Shown in pieces: positions 27,701 to 42,700 of a stretch of 64,000 nucleotides of DNA; the stretch's first letter is position 1, and each line of letters begins with the position of its first letter. Made by a program: the position numbers and the translations under genes. The stretch is from NCBI GenBank assembly GCA_903813345.2, contig CAIIXF020000001.1:4030001-4094000 (forward strand), in the 5' to 3' direction. The notes under the pieces are model-generated. The model did not search any database and was not told the origin of the DNA. It saw only the letters and a program-made list of their open reading frames with translations. This DNA is from Owenia fusiformis (taxonomy: Eukaryota).

Positions 27701-30700
27701 TATATTATTGCTCTTCCAAGTCTCTTTGATCTGATTCCTTGTATCTACATAAAAGATAATGTTCTGATTTCCACAATGTCCTGCTGGAACGATGATACCT
27801 GAAATATATAGTCATGTAGATAAAATGCTCACTTACAGTTATTGTTAATATTATAATGACATACATTTTATATGTATAAGTGATCTAGCAAAGCTCCCTA
27901 GTCATATATATTAATATGAAATGTATTAAGATTATTTATGAATAATAATCTAAATTCTTTTTGATTTGGTCAAAATATCTGAAAATAACATCCATCTGGC
28001 AGGATGCAAACAGACTGAGTTTTATGACAATTGATTTTTGAATTTTCAAGAAGGCAGCTCCTCTTATGCTGAGAACACAGAGTGCATCATATATTACCTG
28101 TTAAATCTTGAAAGGTCTTAATCTGGCCATCTTTCCACTGTGTGTTGACCAGGCGACTTAGACCTCTTGTCATACCATCATACAGTGGTGTATCCCCATT
28201 ATCCAGCTTATCATCCTCAGATACATACACATCGACTTGCATTCTGAAATAAACAAGGTACACATCAACTTGAGCAATATTGCACCTAAACATTCAGTGA
28301 GTATACATTGCAGTGAATTGACATGAACATTCACGGTAATTTCTTTTGATATGCATAATGCACCTTTTGAAAACCTCTTTTGATTTTCATAATTTTTTGT
28401 TATATTTTGGTGATCATTTTTAACAAGGGTGCTGTAATGAGACAATAAACACAGAGTTGTAAGAGAGCATAAACAGAAACAGTTTCTACTTGATCAGTCA
28501 TTTATTGAATTCAGAACGAGGCTATAACATCACATCACATTTAAAGGGATGCTATTACTTTAGTCTTACATCGTTATATGACAGGTGCTTGAAAAAATAG
28601 GTCACATAACAAAAAAAGGTCAAATGCAAATTACTATCTGCTGTTACCTTGAGGCAGGATAGTATCCTTCCCATAACTGGAGTGGCAAGCCATCAAGCCT
28701 CACTTTGGCCTCATACTTCACAATGGAACCAGGATAGAGTATGCTGCCATTAAACAGCCCGAAGCTTTCAACAGCAAGATCTCTCTCTATGCCTACAATA
28801 TGAAAGGAAGACCATACAGCACATTATATACTATACATGTTTGGTAAATTAATAAGCCTCCTTGCTTGCTCTTCATGCACTTAAACTTTCATAATGTCTC
28901 TCACAACTTGGTTATATGTTCAATGTTTAATGGCTTTGAATAATCTTAGGACTGCCCCTCAGTATATTCACTAGCCATTCAAAGATTGAATAAAGGCAGG
29001 TGTTCATGTGTATTTGGCCCTGATCTGATTTGTATAGTGCTCAACCAGTGCCAGTAACACGTATATACATGTAGAAAGAAGACCATATTTCCCAGGGGAC
29101 AATTATCTCTTTTGCACTGTCTCTTTCTTTGATATTTATCCATTTCCTAACCCCTATACTGACAGAATTCTAATAAACTAATTCACAGATCATTATTTAT
29201 TCTCTTACTTTTGACACATGGGTAGGAAACAGACATCTTTGAGTTCTCTGGGATCCCGTCAACCTGTCCAGTTAGGCTAGCACCAAAGTCCAAGGACAAC
29301 ATCAGTGTATTGAAGCCGGATATGTCACATCTGCCATTTGGAACCTGAAGGAAAAACCTATTACTCTTATTGGTTACCACACAATTCTCTGAAAAGAACT
29401 GATAATTTCTAGTTCTGGGGTTCAACCAATGAAAAGCATCAAAGAATGAGTGGCACAAATGTGTTCAGGTCTCTAGAAATTATCACAAGTTATTAGCTCT
29501 AGAAGACGGAGAAATCATTGTCCTGGATTCTCAATGACAAAAAATGTTGCCGAAAACAATATGCTACCACATCTTAATAAAATAAGAATAAAGTCCCCAA
29601 ACCTTGAGGTTTCCAGAAAGATGGAACTTCTTAGTATGGCCTTGGAAATTAAAGCCAACATCAACTCCTGGTGATACTGTCATCTTAAAATCATTTTCAT
29701 CCTTCCCGGTTGTCTCGTCAGCAATTTCAGTTTGATTCATAGAGTCGTCACCAACTCCTGAACCTGAAACTAAACCTGACCCTGAGCCCGACACATCAGA
29801 ATCCATATTCTCGCCAGATTCTCCTGAACTTGTTTTCTCATTTGGAGTGATGACTTGACGTGAGGATTTTGACAATATATCCACAAATCTAGTAAAAACA
29901 AAACATCAAAATCCTAGGTTCACATAATTATTCTTCTGTTCATAGATATTTTTCATTTAGCTTCTAGATAACAGACTAATAACGTCAACAACCTATTTCA
30001 GATGAAGAATCTTTCCAATATCTATATTCTAAATAACAATATTGAATTTTAAAAGAAATACATACTTAATAAACGCCTTATTCTATTTCACATTATTAAT
30101 GTACCTTGTATTAGAAGGCGTGTGAGATTCCAGAGTGAATCTTATATTCTCAAATGCAGCTGGTACATTACAATTCTCTTTAGTACAAGTGATCTCTAGA
30201 TCTATACCGAACTCAGATGTATACCCCTCAACCAGTGTACCACCAAAGCTCTCAAAATCCATGTTAGAAATACTGAAGAAATCTGGAAAAGTATATACAC
30301 CATGAAACGGAAAAGCTTTAAGGCAATGATAAAAATTATTCAAGTTGGAAGCTGAAGACTACTTTTTTGAGTGAGGATGTGATGGGGACATTTTTGCATA
30401 GTCACATTGTTTAGAAGGTTGTAGGATGTTCTAGTTTCTGTGTTGTATACCTTCATCACATATGATGGTTGTCTTGGCAACCTTAACATCATTGGTTCTG
30501 TCTCTCTGTAGTAAGTCAACATCCTCATCCACTACAGCAATCATATAAATAGGACCACAGTAGCTCATGTCTGATGGCACACCAAGTACAAAATCATCAG
30601 GTAGTGGCGATAATTTGGCATAGCCTTGGATCACTGCAAAAGTGAGAAGAGTGTTATTAAGTATTTTGAAACACACTTATTATTTTGTAGAGTAAGAGCT

Positions 30701-33700
30701 TACACTATAGACTGCAAATATCGGAAAGGCGGAAATTTCTGAGATTGCCTTTTGTTTATATCTGAATAAGTGAGCTTTACAACACAATAATTTTCTATCC
30801 AAAAAACCAGTGCTAATTCATACACTGTGAAAACATAGATGTCATACTTATTTGGATTTCAAATTAATATTAGATTTGTATTAATCTTTATTCTAGTTCT
30901 AGTCATTTCATTTTTTACTTACTCAGGGTGCCATGGGCAAATGCATTGTACTATCAAATATGTAACATCATGGACTATTTCTTGAAATTTGTAAGATCCA
31001 GTACATAAAATACAAGCTATTACCTTGATTACTATACATATTCTGCAAGAGAACATCTCCTTTATCTAAAATGCTATCTTTAGACATGTAAAGCCTTGTT
31101 ACAAAGTCCCATGGGTGCAAGGCTGGTGCCAGATCCCCCACTTTAGCTACTACTGACAGACGAAGCTTTGGCTCCCCAGGTACTCTGATAGAACTTGGCG
31201 CTGTTAGTGCTTGAAGCTCAACATCGCCATAATCTAACATGAAAAAAACATATAGTACATGGAAACATTATGCAAATAAGGTACAGACTGAATATAAGTG
31301 TTTTATAAAACATAGAAATCCAAATTGGCAGGGGACATTTTTGGGAATAAAAGCTGAATGAACAAAACTTTATAAATACTGAAATTTTTTTAATATAGTC
31401 AAACAAGATATCACCATGTGAGCCAAAAACATTAAACACAAACAGGTAAATTGGTTCTAATACTGTACGTACATTTAACATTTCCTCAAAGCCCTAAAAT
31501 GATGTACTTACATATTGGCTGCTTGCATCTTCTCCATTGGCCTGGGAAGATTGTTTCCGTAAAACTCACTGCACCACCTACAAAGTCAAATAACAGATCC
31601 AAAAACACAATATTACCTTTATCTTAGACTGAAGCTAGGCCTAAACAGTCATTTTAGGCACAGTTTCTTGTTTTTATATTTCCTGAGTTTTAGGTCCTTC
31701 ATGAATATAAACATGTAATATCTTAGGCTGCTTCAATTCTGGAGATGATAATTCTATTCATCAAGGCAAAGATGAGCACAAAAGGTAACAAGAAATTATA
31801 CCTGGCATAATCTCCACTCTCAATTTTTCAATCGCCTCACATTTCTCAGGAATGAAGAAATCTGGGTACAAAGTGGCAGTAACTCCTTCTAATCTGACCT
31901 TTTCAAATGGTCTCATAGGTTGGTAGTATTCTGGTGGATAGGTGAAGTCAGTCAGGAGGGTTAAGATCTGAGACTCAAACTCATCTAGTTCAGTATTTAT
32001 CCATGTTGCATATACCTTAAAATAGGAAATTAAATATTCATCCAAGTTGCATATACCTTAAAATAGGAATTAAATATTCATCCAAGTTGCATATACCTTA
32101 AAATAGGAAATTAAATATTCATCCAAGTTGCATATACCTTAAAATAGGAAATTAAATATTCATCCAAGTTGCATATACCTTGAAATAGGAAATAAAATAT
32201 TCATCCAAGTTGCATATACCTTGAAATAGGAAATAAAATATTTATCCGAGTTGCGTATACCTTGAAATAGGAAATAAAATATTCATCCAAGTTGCATATA
32301 CCTTAAAATAGGAAATAAAATATTCATCCAAGTTGTGTATACTTTGAAATAGGAAATAAAATATTCTTCCAAGTTGCATATACCTTGAAATAGGAAATAA
32401 AATATTTATCCCAGTTGCGTATACCTTTAAATAGATAATAAAATACTAACTTAAGTTGCAAACACATGTAGCAGGTTATAAAATATAAAACATTTATCCA
32501 GGATACATGCACCAAAAAGTGGATGACATTTTGAAGAAATCTTCAGTGTGCAAAACTGTTTCTAAAACCATCAGTACACAAACGAGCATTTGAGTTAAAG
32601 GCCCTCATAGTTTAACTGACAGAGAGATGGTATCAATAAACCAAAGCAAAATTTGCATTTGGACAATTTATCATGGTATTAGTACATTGTATTAGTATAT
32701 GTTTTTTGAGAATCAGTGACTGTTTTATTGAAATATTAACATTAACTTACATTAAAGATGTAGTTTGGTGCACTAGGGACTGCTTTTGGTAGAGTTTTCC
32801 TCCTCATGTTCTGTACTGTGATATCAAATTGAAACTGAGAGGCATCAACTGCAAACAATGGCTGGATGGGCCTGAACACCAATTCACTCAGTTTGAATAT
32901 TTCTGGAAAATATATATGGTATTCGGAAGAAACCTGTCGGATCAAATGCCTCTCTGTAATCAAAATGGTGGACATATTGAATATCTGTTTCTACTGACAA
33001 AAAAACTTGGGTTTTTGCAAGGTTTTGAAAGCCCGTTTTGAAACGAAAATGACGTCGTTTGTATTATGAACGCTGGTTGACATGTATTATAATAAATTTG
33101 AAGTTATGATATACCAAATTAAAGATATTTAAATTCCCTATTCACTGGTATATAATATGACATGTTTTCCTCATGTTTATTTTTGAAATATACGAATGTC
33201 CCATTTTTTGGACCACCCTGTACATAAGTTTTACTATACTAGAAAAATATTTTTGACAAAACGATAGCCCTGAACTTTCAGTTATTTCATCAGTATTTCT
33301 AAAACAAAGACCTTAATGATGACGAACATACTGATTCAATAGCTGATGAACCACCACTTACATGTAAGTAATTCATACTGGTAAAATATGGTACTCAGTC
33401 TAATGGGATGACATTACAACATAGCAATTGAATAATGAACAATCATTATACATAACTGGAAATAAATACTCTAATGGATTCATATGTTTCAATTATTTCC
33501 ACTTTGTTATCTACTTTGGTGAGTAAATAATCTGCAATACCACTTAGTGATACATTTATTAATGATTTAGACTACATTAAGAGAGTTACATTAACTTTAT
33601 TAATATATTTTGTTTATTGTATTAGAACATTATAGTTCACTAAAAGTAGCTTCAAAATGTGTTATATAATTGTCAGTCCTGGGGTCCCCATACCCCATAG

Positions 33701-36700
33701 AAGTAATGATAATGTTTCATAGATTTGTCTTTAGGTTGATAGATAATTGAATAACGCATCACTTGTAAGAAAGGGAATAATTATACAGGTGTGTAGTAGA
33801 TTAAAAGTGTCTATGTAAAAAAAGCATCCATTATTTCTAATTGCATTGATCACCCCTCATATTTGTTTTCAGTATATTTTAAACAACATGTATTTGAAAT
33901 AGCATTTCCATTATGGTTAGCAAATCTATTCATTTCTTAAGAAGTCAGCAAAAGTGAATAACAATGCCAGATTTCTGAAGAAATCAAGTAAACGTAATAT
34001 CATTGGACTTCTCCCATGATCTTGGAACACTGTTGGCAAATCAACTCAAATATTCATTCAGTCAATAATGTTATGGATTAATTGAGACAGTTCTTCTAAA
34101 GAGAGTATAATATTATTGAGGTGTATGAGATGAGCCTTTAAGATTAAAATGAGAACATCCTTTAAGAAGAGAGAACTAACAAGCAGTAGCAGGTAGTTTG
34201 AGGAGTCTTTGATCTGAATAAATCCATATACATTAATAATGATTATTTCTACTAATGTATTGAAACAATAATCAAGTGTTTAATGATATCCATTACTTCA
34301 GATCGAAGCAGCATAATGTACATCTATAGATCTTTTATGTATTAAAACCTGGCACTCATTAGTGAAGATCATCTCATTTAGAACTATGGCAGGGAATCAA
34401 AGCAATGAATTGGTGTTTTATCCACCAAATAGTGAAGAGAACAATATATATGACACTGACAAGACAAACATTACAATCTCTCATATGATTAAAACACAAG
34501 CAGAGGATGACAATTGTCACGACTCAAGTGAAAGCAAAGCAGATGAAAAAGTTACTAAACTAAGAGATACTTTTTTACAGGTTATTGAAGCAAATGACAT
34601 GAATGGCTTCACTATGTGTACTGATGAATACCATGAACTGTTGGAACTAGAGATAATAACAGGAATATATGATCCTCAGCTAATATCTAATGATACAAAC
34701 CTTCTGAGGCATGCAGTCACACATACATTTGATGAGGCTGCATGCATTCTATTAGAGCTAAGTGACAATGGAGCTGTCATGAAAGATAAAAAACATGGAG
34801 TGGGATTACTACATGATACTGTTATAAAGAACATGCCTCGTATTGTGGAGGCCATCTCTGAAAAACTGACCAAAGAGGAATTCCATGAATTAATGGCAAT
34901 GCGGGCAACTGGTACATTCTTTAAGGAGCACTTTAAAGGATTGGAGCTCTCATTAGAAATAGCATGTTGGGCAGGTAATTATAAAATGGTGAAGAGTCTG
35001 CTCCAAATCAACCCCATGGGGGTATACCTGGAGAATTCCAAGGGTCATAACTTGCTTCACACTCTTATACTTCTATGTGATGAAGATAACCACAAAGTAA
35101 CAGATTTTGTCAAGGATGTATTTATGATGATTTATAATGCAGAAAGTGGCAAGATGGCATTAGAGTATCTCCTAGATATGAAAGATAACAATGAAATGAC
35201 ACCAATGTTGCTAGCGATGAAAAGGGGAGAATTCCCATTTGTCATGCTTGTTCTGAATACTGTATTAAAGGAGGTGAATAGTGAGTATGGGCCAACAAGG
35301 TACGTTAACTATGACATCACAGATATTGAGAAGTGCCCAGGTGCTGTGAGCAAAGGGCCAACTGGGATCATGTATGTCGCAACATCCGCTGACTCTCATC
35401 GGCTTCCAAATATGCTCTCTCTGCAGCCCTGGAAGAAGATTCTACAACTTCGCTGGAACATGTATAAATGGTATCTTTTGTTCATGATGCTGTTTCACTT
35501 TGCTGTTCTAGCATACTTTGCTGTTAATGTTACAATATCCCCTTCACGTGATGAACTCATACTTATGAATAATGCCACATTTGATTGGATTAACGGCAGT
35601 TCAACAGGAGTTGGATTTCTTGAACAAAGGGGCTATGTTGGTTTGCAGGGACTGATGCAATTTGGTGCAGAGTGCTGCTTCATCCTTTATGGTCTTACAG
35701 GATTCATCAACCAGTTTGCGATCATGATGAGAATGGTGGTGAGATTGTTCAGAGCTAGGCTGACAATGAGTGAAATGATTCAACGTATGTTCAACCCTGC
35801 GACAGGGTCAGGCTTATATGGAGTGACCAACCTGGTTTTCACATTCAATCTTGTCCTTTCCTATTCATTTAAAATCCTGAATCTCTCTCAATATGTTTCT
35901 CGTTTATCAGCTGCAGGTTCTATCATATGTGGTTTCATATATTTGACCTTCTACTATCGCACCATTCCCTACACATCATTCTTTACTGTCACTATCAATA
36001 AAATGATCTTCGGTGACGTTCTGCGATTCCTCGTCATAGCATTTGGATACCTTATTGGATTCAGCACTGCCTTCTACATCCTATTTAAAGACACAGAAGG
36101 GGGAGCACCCCCTGATATGGACAGCTTTTCCAACGCTCTCATTTCAACATATAAACTTATGTTGGGAATCGCAGACTTGAAAACAATGAAGGTTGCCAAT
36201 GGTTACTACATCGTTACTTTCTATATTCTTTATACAATAATTATGACAGTGATGCTGTTTAACATGTTAATAGGCATCATGGCGAACACAATAAATGATG
36301 TGTCGGTCCATAAACAATGCTTCAGCAAATTTCAACGTTTATCAACACTGATGATCACAGAATTCGGACAATTCTGGTCTGGTGGTTTTATTAAGAAATC
36401 TTTAGAAAAAGGAGATGTTAGTGTAAAATCAGTGATGTATGCTGGGAGAAAACAGAAGAGGCTTTTTATAGAATGTTTGGAAATTGATCACGAAGCAAGG
36501 TTTTCTTGGATATCAGACAATAAACAATATGAACATTTCACTTAAACAATCGAACTAAGGTAGGTAATTGTCGGACACTCAGTATGTGCAGTCATGTGTC
36601 AGACAAATACCTACATGGACGACATTGCCTCCCTGTACTCTAATATGCATCAGAACACATGTTTCTGAATGGTGATTAAAAGTACTTGTCATTGTCATTT

Positions 36701-39700
36701 TCAAACATATTTCATATATATGTGAATTGCTGTCAGAATAAATCCTAAAATATGAGTAAATGTAAGTATTTTGAAAAGATGAATACCCTCTGGCGAGGCC
36801 TACCATTACCCTAAATCTGATAAGTTATTGGAAACCAAATGGAGAAAGATTCCAATGAACAGCCACTGTCCTTTTAACTTCAATTCCAGTCAGTCAAACA
36901 GTGGTTGTAATGGTACCATGGTATGAAAAAAGTCATAACTCCTTGGTATTGACATAAAAATAGTATTACATTCCTATTGATATAAAATATAAAAGCTGAT
37001 CTACATACCTGCAGGACAGTTTGTTGAGACACGTTCAGCAATGTAGTTATTGCTCTCATTTATCTCTGCCACTGAGTTATCTACAAAGTTCAATAATGCA
37101 ATTTATTCAAACTTTAATTTAACAAAACTGACATCAAGTAAAATTGAGAAAATTTACATACATGCTATGGAAAAGTGGACTGTTTAGTGGTAACATGATT
37201 TCATAATTGCATTATTTATGGAAAATAGTGGCCATTTTGAAATGAGTAGCCATATTGGAAATTCCTTCTCAAGCTGAGGTCTCACATCTGTATAACCATC
37301 ACATGTCAGACTATGAAATATGAACCAAATGTGGCGACTGGTATTTGAATTATTGTCCAAACAGAGCCAAAGGAGCCTATGTATTATATATATCTCACCC
37401 TACCTTTATCTATAAGGGCAATAATGTAGACATCACCACAAAGCTGTGGGTAGTTAGTGGACAAATCATCTGGGAGGTAGAGAGGGATACCACCAAGGTT
37501 GATGGTATGGACTCCAACTGGCAAGAAACGCTTCATTTCTCCCAAGCCAGACCCAAGAGTAAAACCATCATATGGAACCTAAATGTAAAGTTAATTTTGT
37601 AGTACATTTTATTGTTATACAGTAAAACTTGTGTTACTCAAATAGCCTTGAGACTAAAGAAAACAATCCAGAGGTATGGCCTTACAGGATGTTTACAGTT
37701 TTTGCCATTCAGCTATATTTAAACATGGATTTAACCTTGTGTTATATTGAATCCATTATGAAATCTGAGCACATTGCTGTTACAGGGTGTTCTGAAAGTA
37801 ATAATGGGACTGACGATAAATATTCTTACTTCCATGTCAATGTCACCCTGTAGTTGATCATCCTCAGAGAGATAGAGCGCAGTGTTGTAGACTAAAGACC
37901 TGCCTTCTCCAACTATTGCAGTTTCAACAAGTAGACTAAACATGTTGCCAACATCACTGGAGAGTGAGCCACTGCCAACATCTAGTAGAACTGGCTTTAG
38001 ATCAACAGTATCTGTAACAAACATAAAGTAATCACTTTAAAATTGGTCAGTAATATAACATATAACTGATGAGTGTATAATATACTGTAGACAAAAAAAC
38101 ATGTAAAAAAATGTATAGTGACCCATATGTCGGAGAGACTGACATGTTTCAAAGTCAATAAAAGATTATACTGTTGTACTGATTAGGCATTCAGAGATAA
38201 TCCAGTTCATTAATAGCCTTACCTCCAGAGCAGCTTAGCAGAGCAGTGATATTTGTGCAGATGGCATCATTGGAGCCATTGGTATCATTTATAGGGGCCA
38301 GCACCTCATCAGTCATCATATACTTTATACACACATACACCTCACTTAACTCACACATTGCATCACTGATTACAATTGGGATTTCTCCTGATAGAGGATA
38401 ACTAGTATCGCTCATGAGGATGTCTTCTAAAGCTAAAATAAACGGAGGTTTTCAAGTAAAAGTATCATGTTACAATGACATCTTGGTAGAATATCTCATT
38501 CATTTAATTAACAATTTAGAATATTTAACATATCCCACGCATCACATTTTAACATATTCTGCCTCTTATATATGCTTTCAATATCAATATGCAAATGAAA
38601 TTTTGTATATTTCTATGAAGCTTCAGTTCAATATTCCTTGAGTACAGCAGTAAGTGATGGATGAAATCATGAAATGATACAATATTTCAACAGTTATATA
38701 TTCATGGAAAAGTAATCTTGATTTTCATCCATAAATAACAATTTAAAGTGATATCATATTTAAAATAGAGAATAGTTCCTTACTTTCTTCAGAGTAGCCA
38801 TCTAGAACAATTCTCCCAAGTATAAGAGGAACTCCATTGTTAAACCCAGCACTTGGTGTGATATGTGGAGTATCACTAAGGAAGGTTTGGAGCTGAAGGA
38901 ACCTTCCAGTCATCGGTCTCCCAGTGAATTCCAGAACTGTTGCCAAGTGGAGTGATGTGTTGACATCTTTATACAGGTATGCTAGGGACCCTGAGGTGGC
39001 CTCTAAACTTGAAAGTCCAATGTCTGGAATCATGTACAATCACTATAATTTACTCATCCTCCTTATAATAGCAAGTGTACACAAACTGCAATATAAGAGA
39101 CTTTTTGGAAATGTGATTAAAAACAGTACATATTCTCATAAACAATTTCCACTCTGTAATTAATGAAACTTCCTTTCAACACTTACACCAACCACAAAAC
39201 AAACTGATTCATGTGTTGAACCTAGAGCAAAACAATTATAAGATGGTGTCTAGTATGTTGTTACTTACCTCCAGAGCAAGACATGCGAACCTGTCCAGCA
39301 TTGAGGTCATAGCATGTTATATTATCTTTAATCAAATCATCCACCCATGCTGGATAAACACCCTCATCTCTCACAACATCCAAGCAGATAAATGTGCTAC
39401 CTAAAAGTGATAAACAGAAATTCAAAATATTAAATCATGGGACAAAATACAATTAATTTGACAGAAAACCATTTTAAAATTTTATGTAACTTCAAAGTTG
39501 AAATAAGGGATCCCATTTGACTATATCGTGTTACTACAGTACTTACTTATACATTGTTCTTGTGTTATGTATAGAGGGGTTGTGACATTTCTGTATCTTC
39601 TCACAGAGTAACCCTCCAGCTTTTCATTCCTGGGATCATGGTTCTCCCACTGTTCCTTGTCTAAGCGAATCATCTGAAGACAAACAAGAAATATACATAA

Positions 39701-42700
39701 ATGTTGCAAGACTAACAATAACAGGAAGGGATCATTCAAGATAAGCTTATAAATGAAATCCCTAAAAACAACATACAGATGGTGACTTTCAACAGTAAAG
39801 GGAAGAATACAAGTCTATCGAAATCAAGGTATCACCAATAAACTGCCCAAAACAACAGATGTTATCTGACTTGGTGGTGTATTGAGAGAAGTTTTTACCC
39901 AAAACCTGAAGGAGCTGCCTAGTTTTAATTATAACAACTTTGCCACTTTAACAAAGGCTAGTAAAATCAAGATTATGCTTTTTGGAGATTGTAAACTTTC
40001 AGATGAATGTAACAAAGAAATTACCAATTTATCAGCAAATCTTATTGACAAAATCATCTGATTATTTATAAAAAATTCATGATAATAAGGACAAAGTTCA
40101 ACCCATCTTTCATCAATCATTATCATTCATTCCTTACATTTCCCATAAGGACCATGTGACACTTACAAAAGACAGGACACATGTTTTGAGAACCGTTATA
40201 AATATATGTTAATTTTGCAAATTTTATATAAGGGAGGCCAATAATGTAATGTTTTACCTAGGCCTTCCTAGTATGTTAACAAGTGTAAAATCTTATTGCA
40301 AATAAATAAAACTTAACCTTAAAAAAAAAGAAAAAAAAAAAGAGACAAGGTAAAATATTTAAAAATCTTTGTATACAGGGTGTCCATAAAGCTTCATTAC
40401 ACAGACTTTGTACTGTAATTGTAAAGAGACTTTATGGACAACCTGCATATGTAAGAAGAATACCTGAAGTACAGAATCAGGGTCATCCAGTCCCCCACCT
40501 GTCATTAAGTACAACCTAAAGTAGAACAGGTTCTCATATGCTTCCAAAGGTTCCTGGATAGACACACCAATGTTTTGAACATCCACATCAAATACGATGA
40601 CATTGTTAGTGTCTTCATTTATGCTGGATCCATTTATCTTACCAGTTACTTCAAATCTTGATAAAGCCAGTCCTAGAAAGAAAAGAAAATTTATGGGGGA
40701 GTAGCTCCCTTGGTGTCCCAAAAACAGAATATTTTTCATTTTGCTTTAATAATAAAAATCATTATTCTATGGAGTCTAAAAACTAGCATGACCAAATTTC
40801 AGAAAAATTGGTAAATGTTTAGTTCAACCCAATGCCAAGTCAATATTGCACTCACACAACTCAGGGAATTCTAGCTTGGGGAAAAGTTACCTATTGTATG
40901 TCTCCATTACATACAAAACATATTTGTGTATGCAGAAACATGTACATTTGCTGTCCAATTGAGCACATATATATACAAGCATTACTGATACAACATCCAT
41001 GCAAGAAAATAGAACATTTCAACAGAAGATGAATATAATAATAACCTGAAATGTCAGAACACAGGAATTTCACTTGTGTCCAGGCAGACATGTCTTCTGG
41101 ATCATCTAAGCTGGACACAGCACTGTCGGAGTTCAAGTGAATGCCTATATATGGAGATTTTCCACATATTGCGTGATATTCTTCATGGGTGATATCTTCA
41201 CTTTTGAAAATAGATACTCTGTGACTTACTGGAAATATAAAAGGCAGAACTTTTTTTTAAAAAATAAAAATGGCGGCCATTTTGAAAATAGGCGAGCTTT
41301 TGAACCAGGAGTCATAGGGGAGTTTTCTGTATTGATGTTGAACAGAAATAACTTAAATAGAGAATCCTATCGACAGAGGTTTTAAAACGTGCCACTATTG
41401 TTGACGGACGGACGGACGGACGCACAGACCGACAGACAGACAAGTGAGTGATTGCAAAAGCTCACCATGTGAGCTAAAAACTACATGCTAGTACTTGTAT
41501 GTATCGTATACTATACTGGTTAACGTACAGTATCATGTCTTTCTTATATGAAGACATTTTAAGTGCAACTGAATTAAACTAGCAGAAACATAAAGAACTT
41601 ACAAGGCATATGGTAAATACTAAATATCCTAAATAAGAATTCAAAAAATGGTTGCCTTAAAATTTACCCAGTATGTCAAAATATGACACATTATAGATTT
41701 TCATAGCAAGAGACATCCGTGTTAATTTCAAATCAACCTATCAAGTGAGTTTAAGTCGTATATTAAAAAGTTGTGATATTTTGATGACAGGAATGTAATT
41801 CTTTGTCTGGAAATAAACAATGGTCTGATCTGAACTGATTTATTGTAAACCTAAATTACCACCCAAGTGAACACCTTGTACACAATACTTAAGTCAACTA
41901 AATGACTGTTTTACTTACAAGTATGTATGCCTGAGCCTGAACTCAAATCCACATTTGCTCCCTGTGCAATCCACACTTTACTACTGCTGTTCCAAGCTTT
42001 ATCCAATGAAATGACAATGTCATAGGTCACAGAGGTCAGGTCAGGTGAATCTCCACCAATCAGAATATCCACATCTATTAGGAAGTCAGTGGTTGTACCA
42101 GTATACAAGATAGGATTTTCATAGCCAGGACCAACCATCAACTTCTTTAGAGATAGACTCAATGCACCTTCAGTAAAAAAACAAAGAAAAATTATATGAA
42201 TGATACACCATGTAAAATCCGTTGAATATTAAATATTCAATTCTAAAAATATAAAATGATTTTTTCTGTTTCTATGTAAAACTCCTCGCCAATTCACCAT
42301 TTAATTTACAAAATACAAAATTATATTTTGTCTGTTTCTATGTAAAATGCCTTGACAATCCTACATTAATTTTCACAATAAATAATGATTTTTTTCTGTT
42401 GAGAACTGACCACTGCACAATGGTCCCTCCACTCCAACATCCTCAATGACAGCGTAGTTGTTGTTGAGATCAAACTCTGGCATTACATCATTGGGGTTAA
42501 TCTCTACATCCATTCTCCACTGTGAGCCACACATACCAAGGAAGTCTACTGGATCAACATATATATGCTGACCTGGAATACATGCAATACCTAGTTGTAG
42601 ACTTACATCTGTAGTTATAGATTACAGCAGGTTAGCACTCATGTTGAAGGGAATAAGTTATTATTTCATACAATATGTACCATCTATATGTGGGTTAGAT

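Noticed and set aside
32000-32460. CRISPR-like 41-bp repeats
   Set aside because: Head-to-tail repeats without spacers; the unit is a splice acceptor.
41137-41385. 82-aa plus-strand ORF
   Set aside because: It runs from the antisense of a host exon into the HINE-like repeat and has no protein features.
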